From Thermoplasmata archaeon (GTDB taxonomy: Archaea > Thermoplasmatota > Thermoplasmata > Thermoplasmatales > GCA-001856825), in contig JAJYUZ010000002.1 in assembly GCA_021792255.1 (NCBI GenBank), positions 349,071-413,070 of the forward strand: a stretch of DNA of 64,000 nt, in the 5' to 3' direction. Below are positions 20,180 to 28,981 of the stretch, in pieces. The notes below the pieces were generated by a model. That model was not told where the DNA came from and did no database searches. It was given only the letters and a program-made list of their open reading frames with translations. The stretch's first letter is position 1. Each line of letters starts with the position of its first letter. A program made the position numbers and the translations under genes.

Positions 20180-21043
20180 ATGAACGAAATAATCACTGAA
20201 CAATTGAACAGCAACGTGACAGACAACTTTAGAAATAGACTGTACGCTAACGGTAAAAGCAGGAATACCGTCAAGATGTATGGATATATAGTGAATCAAT
20301 TCTTGGATTTCATTAAATTTGATAAGGAAGCTATAACTTTTGAGAACATAGAGGCGTTCAAGGAATATCTCTCGATTGAAAAGGGGTACTCAAAGTCGAC
20401 AATTTATCTCTACATCAGGGCGATACAATCATTTCTCACCTACATAGGTCTGGACAGCCTCGGGCATCTCAGTGCACCAAAGAGACCACAGACGGTCCCG
20501 AACTATCTGATGAACGACGAAGTTACTGCAATAATAATGAACTGCAGAAACCTGAAGGAGAGACTCATAGTGAAACTCCTTGTGTACACCGGAATCAGAG
20601 TCTCCGAGCTCTGTTCGATCAGAATCCAGGACATCGACATAAATAGTAAAACTCTGAAGATAAGAAATGGTAAGGGCGACAAAGACAGGTTGGTCGTATT
20701 CAGCGAAAAAGTCGTTCCCGATTTGAGACTGTACCTTATGGGGGTAAGGGATGGTAGGGGGAAAGGAGATTTCCTGTTTCCTACTTCAAAGAGCAGAAAG
20801 ATTTCTCCAGTAACGATAGAGAGAGTCGTCAGAGACATCGTAAAGAGGTCAGGCATACCAAAAAAGATCACTCCGCATACTTTTAGACACACTTTTGCTA
20901 CGTCCCTTCTCAGGAACGGTGCTGACCTGAGGATCATTCAGCTGCTATTGGGTCATTCAAGCATCAGCACGACGCAAATATACACGCACATGGATGATAG
21001 GGCTCTCAAGATGGGTTACGAGAAGTTCATTCCCAGTTACTGA
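20180..21043 (+). CDS. xerA: Archaeal Xer site-specific tyrosine recombinase
   Basis: TGIRVSEL, GKGDKDR, TPHTFRHTFAT, LLGHSSISTTQIYTH; 287 aa from ATG 20180; housekeeping context. Confidence 0.85.
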   Translation: MNEIITEQLNSNVTDNFRNRLYANGKSRNTVKMYGYIVNQFLDFIKFDKEAITFENIEAFKEYLSIEKGYSKSTIYLYIRAIQSFLTYIGLDSLGHLSAPKRPQTVPNYLMNDEVTAIIMNCRNLKERLIVKLLVYTGIRVSELCSIRIQDIDINSKTLKIRNGKGDKDRLVVFSEKVVPDLRLYLMGVRDGRGKGDFLFPTSKSRKISPVTIERVVRDIVKRSGIPKKITPHTFRHTFATSLLRNGADLRIIQLLLGHSSISTTQIYTHMDDRALKMGYEKFIPSY

Positions 21044-21125
21044 GCTATCCAGGTTTAGGAAATTCTCTCTTAAAATAGGAATGTAATAATACTTTCAGTA
21101 CATCACAAACTTGAAGGGTCTAGTG

Positions 21126-21776
21126 ATGGACAAAAAAGAACAGGTCGCAAGAGAAGCACTAAAGTTCATTGTTCAGGGGAATGTGGTCGGACTTGGTTCC
21201 GGAACCACTGCTTCTCGATTTATAGAGATACTAGGCGTAAGTGATATCAGGGACAAGATCGTGGGGGTCTCTACCTCAATCTCGTCCAGCAAACTAGCCA
21301 GGGAAGTGGGTATAAAGACTGTGGATATTGATACCGTGGACTGGATAGATATCACCTTCGATGGAGCAGATGAAGTGGACAAAAACCTGAACATTCTCAA
21401 GGGAGGTGGAGGGATGCTCACCAGGGAAAAGAAAGTCAGAAACAAATCTAGAAATTACGTCGTTATGATTTCTGACGAAAAATTAGTAGACACTATACCA
21501 GCTAAATTTCCAATTCCGGTCGAAGTTCTCTCATTTGGTAAAGACACGACCCTAAAAGAGATTGAGGCTATAGGGATGGCGTGTCATTTTAGGGAGGACT
21601 TTGTCACCGACAACGGTAACCTGATCTGCGACTGCAAGCCATTGGATAAGTTCGATTTGCAGGAGCTGGATCACCGGATAAAAGCGATAACGGGAGTAGT
21701 GGAAACGGGTCTTTTCCTTGGAGGGAAAAAGACAGTTTTGGTCTCAGATGGACGGCAGGTTAGGGTACTTAAATAG
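21126..21776 (+). CDS. rpiA: Ribose-5-phosphate isomerase A
   Basis: GLGSGTT, DGADEVD, KGGGG, TDNGN, GVVETGLF. Confidence 0.93.
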   Translation: MDKKEQVAREALKFIVQGNVVGLGSGTTASRFIEILGVSDIRDKIVGVSTSISSSKLAREVGIKTVDIDTVDWIDITFDGADEVDKNLNILKGGGGMLTREKKVRNKSRNYVVMISDEKLVDTIPAKFPIPVEVLSFGKDTTLKEIEAIGMACHFREDFVTDNGNLICDCKPLDKFDLQELDHRIKAITGVVETGLFLGGKKTVLVSDGRQVRVLK

Positions 21777-21842
21777 CGTCAACTTGAATCAATACATATT
21801 CTTTCCAAAGGAGAAAATTGGACACTACTGGATTCGGTCTGT

Positions 21843-22205
21843 TTAGAGAACTAAGTTTTGTATTTGACCCAACACGTTCTGCATGTCTGAAATCTTTCGT
21901 CTCTGCTCTTCCTCAAGTTCCTTCACGATCTCGTTGAATTGTTTCGCCAGTCTGTAGCCATGGACTGGTCTTCCCTTACCCTCTTTCTTTATATCTCTCT
22001 TCATTATCCAACCGTGTTCTTTCAGGATCCGCATTGCAATCGAAACTTCAGGCTGTCTGAGATTTGCATTCTTCTCGATCTCTACTGAGGTGGTCTCCTG
22101 TCGTCCTTTCATATAGACTAGAGCCTTGGAGACGTTTCTAGGCACGCCCATCTGGATCAGCAATCCAGCTAGCTTCTCATCCTCAGCCGTAAATCCCTCT
22201 ATCAT
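21843..22205 (-). CDS. Winged-HTH transcriptional regulator, divergent from nrdJ
   Basis: TSVEIE..ANLRQPEVSIAMR...GKGRP..Y archaeal regulator pattern; start uncertain. Confidence 0.8.
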   Translation of the reverse strand: MIEGFTAEDEKLAGLLIQMGVPRNVSKALVYMKGRQETTSVEIEKNANLRQPEVSIAMRILKEHGWIMKRDIKKEGKGRPVHGYRLAKQFNEIVKELEEEQRRKISDMQNVLGQIQNLVL

Positions 22206-22470
22206 ACGAATCATCATAAAAATTCTATATTTATATTTTATCAAATTTATTAAGCTTCTTTTTTAAGATATTTCCCTTTATTATTTCTTATAGATTATTT
22301 TATAGAAACCGGATATGTGCTTTAAAAATAAAGAAAGGGAAAATTACATAGGTCATTTATCCAGTAACGAACTAGTTTTTGCTGGTAATATAGGTGACTA
22401 TTTTGATAAAGACTCACTCACAAAAACCTTTTAGTACAACTAACGTTAGTAGCGAAGTACAGTGGTTTGA

Positions 22471-24777
22471 ATGAGTGCGGAAGGCGACGAAATTTTAAAA
22501 GAGATTCCTGTTGAGGTTCCTGCAGAAACTCTTGTCAGATTTAACAACGACGAGCTTAGGGCTAGAGTTTTCATCGACAAGTATGCTATTAAAGACAACA
22601 ACGGCATCCTCCTAGAAAAGGTACCAGAAGAAATGTGGAGACGAGTCGCGAGGGAAATTTCTTCGGTAGAAAGTGGCCCACTGATGGCAGAGTGGGAGAA
22701 CAAGTTCTATTGGTTGCTGGAAAACTTTAGAATGATTCCCGGTGGGAGAATATTGTTTGGTGCTGGTCAGGAAAAGTTCAAGAGAAGGGCCACGCTGAAC
22801 AACTGCTACGTCATTCCGATTAGAGACGATTCTCTGGAATCGATATTTGAATGGACTAAGGAAGCAGCGAGAACATACTCCCTTGGCGGAGGAGTCGGTA
22901 CAGACATAAGCATCCTTAGACCAAGAGGTGCGCCGGTCAATAACGCCGCACTGAAATCTACAGGAAGTGTCTCTTTCATGAACATAATGTCCGAGACCAC
23001 CGGGACGATTGGGCAGTCAGGAAGACGCGGGGCACTTATGATCACTATCAGGGTGGATCATCCCGACATAATGGACTTCATTAAGGTCAAGAGAGATTTG
23101 AACCACGTTAGACACGCCAACATATCGGTAAAGATCACAGATGAATTCATGAAGAAAGTGGAAGACGACGAAGAATTCACCCTCCATTACGAGAGCAGTA
23201 AGGTGAAGAGAATAGAGAGAGTAGTCAGAGCGAGAGAGCTGTGGGGGGAGCTCATAGAGTCGGCTAGAAACTGGGCAGAACCGGGATTAATCTTCTGGGA
23301 CACTATGAAGAAGGAAAGTACTTCAGAATACAACGGGATGGATATTCTTACCACAAATCCGTGTTCCGAAATTCCACTCGAAGGCTACGGAGCTTGCAAC
23401 TTAGGAAACGTCAATCTTGCTCTGTTCGTAAAGAATCCCTTTGAGAACGCTGAACTCGACTGGGATGATCTCGAGAGAGCGGTCAGGTTCACAGTTCGCT
23501 TCTTGGATGACGTGGTTGATTACAACCTATACAAGCATCCCCTAAAATCTCAGACTGACGAGGCGGGAAAGAGTAGGAGAATCGGAGTAGGTTTTACCGG
23601 ACTGGGAGACATGCTTATAAAGTTAAAGATCAAGTACGATACTTCGGAGTCCGTCAAATTTGTGGGATCAATGTTCGAGAAGATAATGAACATAATCTAT
23701 GACGAAAGTGCGAACATTGCTACAGAAAAGGGGACTTTCCCTTCCTTCGATCTTGAAAAACACTTGAAGTCGCCTTTCATATCAAAACTCGGATCGGAGG
23801 TCTTGGGAAAGATAAAGAAAAATGGGCTGAGGAATGTCGCCCTAATAACGGTACCTCCGGTAGGGAGCGGATCGGCTCTCGCGGGGACTTCTAGCGGAAT
23901 AGAGCCTGTGTTCGCGTTTTCCTACACCAGGAGAAGTGAGTCGCTTTCGAAGCAAATGTTCAAGGTCTACCACCCACTAGTAAGAGAATACATGGAACTG
24001 TACGGAGTAAAGGAAGAAAAAGACCTCCCGGAATATTTCGTGGAGGCTCACAAGATCGATCCGATGTTTAGGATCAAGCTTCAAGCCACAATCCAGAATT
24101 ACGTAGATCACTCTATCTCGTCGACAGTAAATCTTCCATCAACGGTCACCACTGAAGAAGTTGGTAAGATATACTTTGAAGCCTGGAAAGCGGGCTGCAA
24201 AGGGGTTACAGTCTACAGAGAGGGATCGAGGGAAGGCATACTCCTCACTAAGGAAGCAACAAAGAAGAAGGAGAATAAGGAATTTGAAAGATCGACCATT
24301 CTCACTGGGAGAACCATAGTGTTCCCACTATTGGAAACTGGAAAACTCTACACGACAATCAACTTCGATGACTCCGGCAATCCCGTAGAGATATTCGTCA
24401 ACGTGGGAAAGTCAGGATCTGAGGAAAAAGCGTACTCCGAGGCGATAGGGAGACTGCTGTCACTATATCTTCAACAGGGAGGGGACATATCAAAGGTAGT
24501 ACGGGCCCTGACGGGCATAAAGGGAAAGACCACTACATTCGTTGGAGGTACCAAGATCACCTCGGTTCCCGATGGCGTTGCAAAAGCAATAGATATAGCA
24601 ATGAAGGGAGAACAGCCACAATCCACTCTAACTGGAGAATTTCTGGTCACGACAATAAAGACCGAGGAGAAGAAGGAAAAGACTTTCTCAACCTGTCCGA
24701 GATGCAGCAACGACACTCTCGCTGTGGAGAACGGCTGCCTGACCTGTAAGACGTGTGGATACTCAAAATGCGAATGA
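22471..24777 (+). CDS. nrdJ: Class II (adenosylcobalamin) ribonucleotide reductase
   Basis: PGGRIL, NNCY, TNPCSEIPL, ACNLG, TSSGIEP, KGVTVYR, C-terminal CPRC..CKTCGYSKC; no intein seen. Confidence 0.93.
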   Translation: MSAEGDEILKEIPVEVPAETLVRFNNDELRARVFIDKYAIKDNNGILLEKVPEEMWRRVAREISSVESGPLMAEWENKFYWLLENFRMIPGGRILFGAGQEKFKRRATLNNCYVIPIRDDSLESIFEWTKEAARTYSLGGGVGTDISILRPRGAPVNNAALKSTGSVSFMNIMSETTGTIGQSGRRGALMITIRVDHPDIMDFIKVKRDLNHVRHANISVKITDEFMKKVEDDEEFTLHYESSKVKRIERVVRARELWGELIESARNWAEPGLIFWDTMKKESTSEYNGMDILTTNPCSEIPLEGYGACNLGNVNLALFVKNPFENAELDWDDLERAVRFTVRFLDDVVDYNLYKHPLKSQTDEAGKSRRIGVGFTGLGDMLIKLKIKYDTSESVKFVGSMFEKIMNIIYDESANIATEKGTFPSFDLEKHLKSPFISKLGSEVLGKIKKNGLRNVALITVPPVGSGSALAGTSSGIEPVFAFSYTRRSESLSKQMFKVYHPLVREYMELYGVKEEKDLPEYFVEAHKIDPMFRIKLQATIQNYVDHSISSTVNLPSTVTTEEVGKIYFEAWKAGCKGVTVYREGSREGILLTKEATKKKENKEFERSTILTGRTIVFPLLETGKLYTTINFDDSGNPVEIFVNVGKSGSEEKAYSEAIGRLLSLYLQQGGDISKVVRALTGIKGKTTTFVGGTKITSVPDGVAKAIDIAMKGEQPQSTLTGEFLVTTIKTEEKKEKTFSTCPRCSNDTLAVENGCLTCKTCGYSKCE

Positions 24778-25144
24778 AGCGGAACGCCCGGGTAAGAGTT
24801 TAGCTCGTTTTTAGTTTCTTATATATGAGTTTGGAAGTAGAACTGGCAGACCCTCGCCACTAAGACCAGTTGTTCAGGAGTCTTTGAAAGTACAATTACC
24901 TGTCACCTTGGAGCAGGGTTCAAGGTTTCATTATGTCGGTTGGTCGGTACATATAAGAGTACTTCAGAAGAGTTTTGAGCTGGGCGGAACAGGCTCGCCC
25001 TTTGTGGTAAGAGACTCTTTGGAAGAGGCGTACCTCGAATGAGAATTCGGCAGCCGTACCGTATAGATCATACCTCTGAACGGCAATACTAAAATCAGAA
25101 ATTAGGATATTACCTCGCCTGAGCGGAAGCGGGAGAGATAATCG

Positions 25145-25354
25145 ATGGGTAAATTGGAAGTTGAGATGAAACTAGATAAATTGCGAGGAATGACAAGATA
25201 TGCAAGTTATTATTCGGGGCCTCCTCCATTAGGACTAAAGCATATAGACAGTACCGCGACGATGCAACTCTTTATAAAAGAATTGGAAAGCGTCGCTGGA
25301 GGGATTCCACTGAAAATAAATGTCACCATTGAGTGGGAGGGCCCGTCAGACTAA
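25145..25354 (+). CDS. Small hypothetical protein (69 aa)
   Basis: ORF with GGGAG upstream; globular-like composition. Confidence 0.5.
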   Translation: MGKLEVEMKLDKLRGMTRYASYYSGPPPLGLKHIDSTATMQLFIKELESVAGGIPLKINVTIEWEGPSD

Positions 25355-25428
25355 GCAAGTGCGACAGGTGTGTGTATACATGCCCGAGAGACTCAAAAGC
25401 TATTAGAGCTTCGGGGATTCGGAATAGA

Positions 25429-25971
25429 ATGAATAGACCGCAAGGAGGAACTCGTCTCCTAAATCGTTCACTGATGAGCGCAATAATTTCTGCAGTTCTA
25501 GCAGTCGCGGCAGTAATCATGCTGATATTGCTCTCCTTCACTCTATTCTTGGTCACGGACAGCTCTTTCTTCAAAAACTTACCCGTACGGCCATATGCAT
25601 ACTACCTCATAGGAGGCATATCTGCTTCGGTGGCTTTGCTCGTCATTTCTTTTATCTTTCTTTTCAAAAACATAAATGCTATTTCCTTGGATATTGATGA
25701 AAAAATAACTGAAGAACCAAAGGCGAAGGGAACAAAGGGGGAGGAGGGAGTCGAAGACGTAATGAAATATCTAGACGCGAGTGAGAGAGAGATATATGGT
25801 CTGCTAGTAGACGCGGGCGGAATGATTTTGCAACGGGATATTACGAGCGTAAAGGGATATTCCAAAGCTACAATAACGAGAATACTCAATCGTCTGGAAG
25901 CGAAAGGAGTAATAGAAAGGATGAGACACGGAACGACAAATCAGATAATCCTGAAACGAGTTTCGAAATAG
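25429..25971 (+). CDS. Membrane-anchored wHTH regulator (2 TM + MarR-like HTH)
   Basis: Two TMs, then LDASERE...GGMILQRDI...YSKATITRILNRLEAKGVIER. Confidence 0.8.
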   Translation: MNRPQGGTRLLNRSLMSAIISAVLAVAAVIMLILLSFTLFLVTDSSFFKNLPVRPYAYYLIGGISASVALLVISFIFLFKNINAISLDIDEKITEEPKAKGTKGEEGVEDVMKYLDASEREIYGLLVDAGGMILQRDITSVKGYSKATITRILNRLEAKGVIERMRHGTTNQIILKRVSK

Positions 25972-25996
25972 ATTTCACAAGAATGAAAACTGTTTC
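25953..25996. promoter_or_regulatory. Three GAAA-N4-TTTC palindromes upstream of the SHOCT gene promoter
   Basis: GAAAcgagTTTC 25953, GAAAtagaTTTC 25965, GAAAactgTTTC 25985; TTTAAG TATA-like at about 26005. Confidence 0.55.
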
Positions 25997-26045
25997 AACA
26001 TAGATTTAAGAGCTTTTTCATCTTTGTACATGGTAGGGTGAAAAC

Positions 26046-26420
26046 TTGAGAAATCACATGATGAGGTTCTTCTGGGTGTTCCTCGGGGTAATCGCTGCGG
26101 TCGTAGTAGTTTCAGTTGTGCTCAATGCGATATTCTTTCGCGCATACTATCCCACCGGATCTAGTCCTTACTATTATGGGATGATGAATTGGGGGTATGG
26201 TGGATTCTGGGGAATAGGCGCTTTAATGATGATCGTGCCTTTTGTCCTTCTGGTGCTATTCATACTATGGATAGTAGATGTGACGAGAGACCATCACTAT
26301 GTGGAGCATAATGAATGGCACGGCAGAAACGCATTGGACATCCTGAACGAGAGATATGCAAACGGCTCAATAACGCAAGAGGAATACATAAGAATGAAGG
26401 AAGAGATCAACAAGCACTAG
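26046..26420 (+). CDS. SHOCT-domain membrane protein
   Basis: GMM..GG membrane segment; C-terminal ALDILNERYANGSITQEEYIRMKEEI. Confidence 0.85.
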   Translation: MRNHMMRFFWVFLGVIAAVVVVSVVLNAIFFRAYYPTGSSPYYYGMMNWGYGGFWGIGALMMIVPFVLLVLFILWIVDVTRDHHYVEHNEWHGRNALDILNERYANGSITQEEYIRMKEEINKH

Positions 26421-26677
26421 GCGATCAGAGTCATCTTTTATTCTATCAGAGGGGGTATCCATTTTCTGATTAAACGCCCCCTCAAGAAATTATTCTGACA
26501 TCACATCTGACTTTAGATTGTGACCATAATTAAATACAAACTGAGGTCTTGGGACAAAATGGGTTTTGGTACCTTGACTCCTCTCACACGGGGGAGGGGG
26601 TGAAAGAGTAGCTATACAGGAAGCCCGGTACCTTTCCCGATTCTCCTTTTTCAGTTTTACCCCATCTCACAGGGAAA

Positions 26678-26802
26678 TGCTGAAGAGAGTGATAATTCTC
26701 AGGGTGATGACGTAGATAGGGTACTGGAATTCCCGGGACACTATTCCCTGATACTTCACGGGAGAGATAAGACTGACAAAGGGGATGGAAATATCTTCAG
26801 CA
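26678..26802 (+). ncRNA. Candidate structured or C/D-box-like sRNA
   Basis: 9-bp closing stem TGCTGAAGA/TCTTCAGCA; box C GTGATGA at 26704; CTGA at 26748 and 26773. Confidence 0.4.
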
Positions 26803-26874
26803 GGGGCATACCTTAATACTGTCCAAAGCTGCGCGTTGCGATCGCTTTATATATGAACAGGTGCTGTCGAACGA

Positions 26875-26952
26875 GCATTAGCCACACGTCTCTGGCAATA
26901 ATGCCTATGATGGTTCTGCAATTAAGAACTCATCAAGACGCAACGGCTGTGC
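26875..26952 (+). promoter_or_regulatory. Structured 5' leader of the rpl3 superoperon (candidate r-leader)
   Basis: Nested stems forming a three-way junction downstream of TATA TTTATATA at about 26846. Confidence 0.55.
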
Positions 26953-26965
26953 AATAGTGGTAAGT

Positions 26966-27955
26966 ATGGCAACGCCAAATCATTCAAGACACGGGTCTAT
27001 GGGATACTATCCCAGGAAGAGGGCAAGATCAGAAATACCCCACATCAGGTCGTGGCCCCAAGCCAACGGCGGTCCGAAGCTTCAGGGCTTCGTCGGATTC
27101 AAGGCTGGGACTACGCACGCACTGTTTGTGGATTACAGAAAGAGCAGCACGACTGCGGGTTCGGAAGTTGCATCATCTGTAACAGTCATAGAAGTCCCAC
27201 CTCTCAAAGTTGTAGGTATACGGCTCTATGGAAGGGATGCATACGGAGAGCACACGATTGGAGAGACTTTTGACGCCGGTTCTCTGAACGAACTCAAGAA
27301 GGTTCTTCCAATCTCCAAGGAGTACAAGCCCAAGGAGCTGGATGGTACTGATGCAGTGGACGTTAACGTTCTAGTGCTGATTCAGAACGACAAGGTGAAA
27401 GCAATTTCAAAGAAAATTCCAGACATCACAGAGATCAGAATCGGAGGAGGCTCAATCAAGGAGAGACTTGATTATTCAAAGTCTATCCTCGGGAAGGAAG
27501 TGAGTTTTGATTCCTTTTCTAAGTCTGGAAAATTCGTCGATATAATAGCTGTTACAAAGGGCAAAGGATTTCAGGGTCACGTCAAGAGATGGGGGGTCAA
27601 GCTTCTTCCGAGAAAGAACAGGAAGCACAGGAGAATGATCGGAACCCTCGGTCCCTGGCACCCAGACTGGGTAAGGAACACAGTCCCACAGGCGGGTCAG
27701 ATGGGATATCATCAGAGAACTGAATTCAATAAGAGAGTGCTGTTTTACGGTAAGCCTGATGAGAAGGCAATAACACCGAAAGGTGGGTTCCTGAATTATG
27801 GCGAGGTAGTAAACAGTTATATTTTGGTCCATGGCTCAGTCCCAGGAGCAACTAAGAGAATAATCAAGCTAAGGGACCCAACGAGGCAAGTGGTCTCAGA
27901 TGTGGAGAAGGTAGGAATGACTTACGTGTCGCTAGAGAGCAAGCAGGGGGTGTAA
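26966..27955 (+). CDS. rpl3: 50S ribosomal protein L3
   Basis: RHGSMGYYPRKRA, TKGKGFQG, VPQAGQMGYHQRTE. Confidence 0.96.
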   Translation: MATPNHSRHGSMGYYPRKRARSEIPHIRSWPQANGGPKLQGFVGFKAGTTHALFVDYRKSSTTAGSEVASSVTVIEVPPLKVVGIRLYGRDAYGEHTIGETFDAGSLNELKKVLPISKEYKPKELDGTDAVDVNVLVLIQNDKVKAISKKIPDITEIRIGGGSIKERLDYSKSILGKEVSFDSFSKSGKFVDIIAVTKGKGFQGHVKRWGVKLLPRKNRKHRRMIGTLGPWHPDWVRNTVPQAGQMGYHQRTEFNKRVLFYGKPDEKAITPKGGFLNYGEVVNSYILVHGSVPGATKRIIKLRDPTRQVVSDVEKVGMTYVSLESKQGV

Positions 27956-27956
27956 G

Positions 27957-28715
27957 ATGACGAATTTATTTTCCCTAGATGGAAAAGTAGTGAAGAGCGT
28001 CGAACTACCTGAGGCATTCAGATTCCCAATCAGAAACGATCTGATTATCAGATTCACAAATGCATACCAGTCGAATGGACGAACTCCGTATGGAAGCTAC
28101 TGGTTCGCAGGCAACAGGAGGGTCGGACATAATATGGGCCCAAATCACGGTATCTCAAGGTATCCGAGGGTTTCAGGGACCTCAAGGGGAGTTCTCCTGA
28201 GCAATGCCAGGGGAGGCAGATCCGCTCACCATCCAGTCACGGAGAAGAACTGGGACATGAAAGTCAACAAGAAAGAGAAGGTGTACGCAAAACTGTCCGC
28301 GCTTTCTTCGACGGTGTCTCCAGAATTAGTCAAGAAGAGAGGACACAAGTTCACGGTCGAATCCCTTCCAGTCGTACTCGAGGACAAGTTCGAAGAGATA
28401 GAGAAGACCAAGGAAGCAACGGACGTTCTCGTGAACGTGGGCATTTTTGGAGATATTTTAAGATCGAAGGAAGGGACAAAGATTAGGGCGGGAAGGGGAA
28501 AGAGCAGAGGAAGAAAGTACGTTACTCCCAAGAGCATCCTGTTCGTCGTAAAGGACAAATCCCACATTTCCAAGGCACTCAGCAATCTTCCAGGCGTGGA
28601 TATAGTTAAGCCAGAGGAGCTCAATGCCTATGTCCTAGCTCCAGGAGGGCATCCGGGAAGACTGCTCGTCATAACGGAGGGAGCATTGAACGATGTGAGG
28701 GGGTGGAAGTTTTGA
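27957..28715 (+). CDS. rpl4: 50S ribosomal protein L4
   Basis: RGGRSAH, KIRAGRGKSRGRKY, LAPGGHPGRL. Confidence 0.95.
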   Translation: MTNLFSLDGKVVKSVELPEAFRFPIRNDLIIRFTNAYQSNGRTPYGSYWFAGNRRVGHNMGPNHGISRYPRVSGTSRGVLLSNARGGRSAHHPVTEKNWDMKVNKKEKVYAKLSALSSTVSPELVKKRGHKFTVESLPVVLEDKFEEIEKTKEATDVLVNVGIFGDILRSKEGTKIRAGRGKSRGRKYVTPKSILFVVKDKSHISKALSNLPGVDIVKPEELNAYVLAPGGHPGRLLVITEGALNDVRGWKF

Positions 28716-28972
28716 AGAGTCCATATGACATTCTTCTGAAGCCATTCGTTACAGAAAAAACGATGTTGCAGATAGAGAGGGACAACAAGATATGGTTCAT
28801 CGTCAACGAGAAAGCAACGAGGGACCAGATAAAGAGAGCGGCCGAGGAGATTTCTGGTATGAAGATAACAAACGTAAACATTCTGAGGGACAAGGAAGGA
28901 AAGAAAGCAGTCGTCAAGATTTCCAAAGATTTTTCTGCGGAGGAGCTGGCTACAAAGCTGGGGATATTCTGA
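28703..28972 (+). CDS. rpl23: 50S ribosomal protein L23
   Basis: PFVTEKT, GKKAVV, ELATKLGIF; synteny. Confidence 0.93.
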   Translation: MEVLKSPYDILLKPFVTEKTMLQIERDNKIWFIVNEKATRDQIKRAAEEISGMKITNVNILRDKEGKKAVVKISKDFSAEELATKLGIF

Positions 28973-28981
28973 GGTGAAAAC

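Noticed and set aside
19988-20274. Long overlap between the xerA and acyl-CoA dehydrogenase ORFs
   Set aside because: Artefact of longest-ORF calling; plausible starts at 20088 and 20180 leave a normal divergent promoter
20180-21043. Tyrosine recombinase as the integrase of a mobile element
   Set aside because: Size and motifs fit chromosomal XerA; flanked by acyl-CoA dehydrogenase and rpiA; no tRNA, att repeats or cargo seen
22245-22440. AT-rich tract as replication origin
   Set aside because: No ORB-like repeats or cdc6 nearby; explained by divergent promoters
24780-25140. Cobalamin riboswitch, RNase P RNA or SRP RNA
   Set aside because: No B12-box, no GAGGAAA-CC P4 signature and no SRP helix-8 motif found on either strand
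26678-26802. Lysine, FMN or SAM riboswitch identity
   Set aside because: Only short word similarities (GAAGA..AG, AAAGGGG, TATCTTC); required stems are missing and the context does not fit
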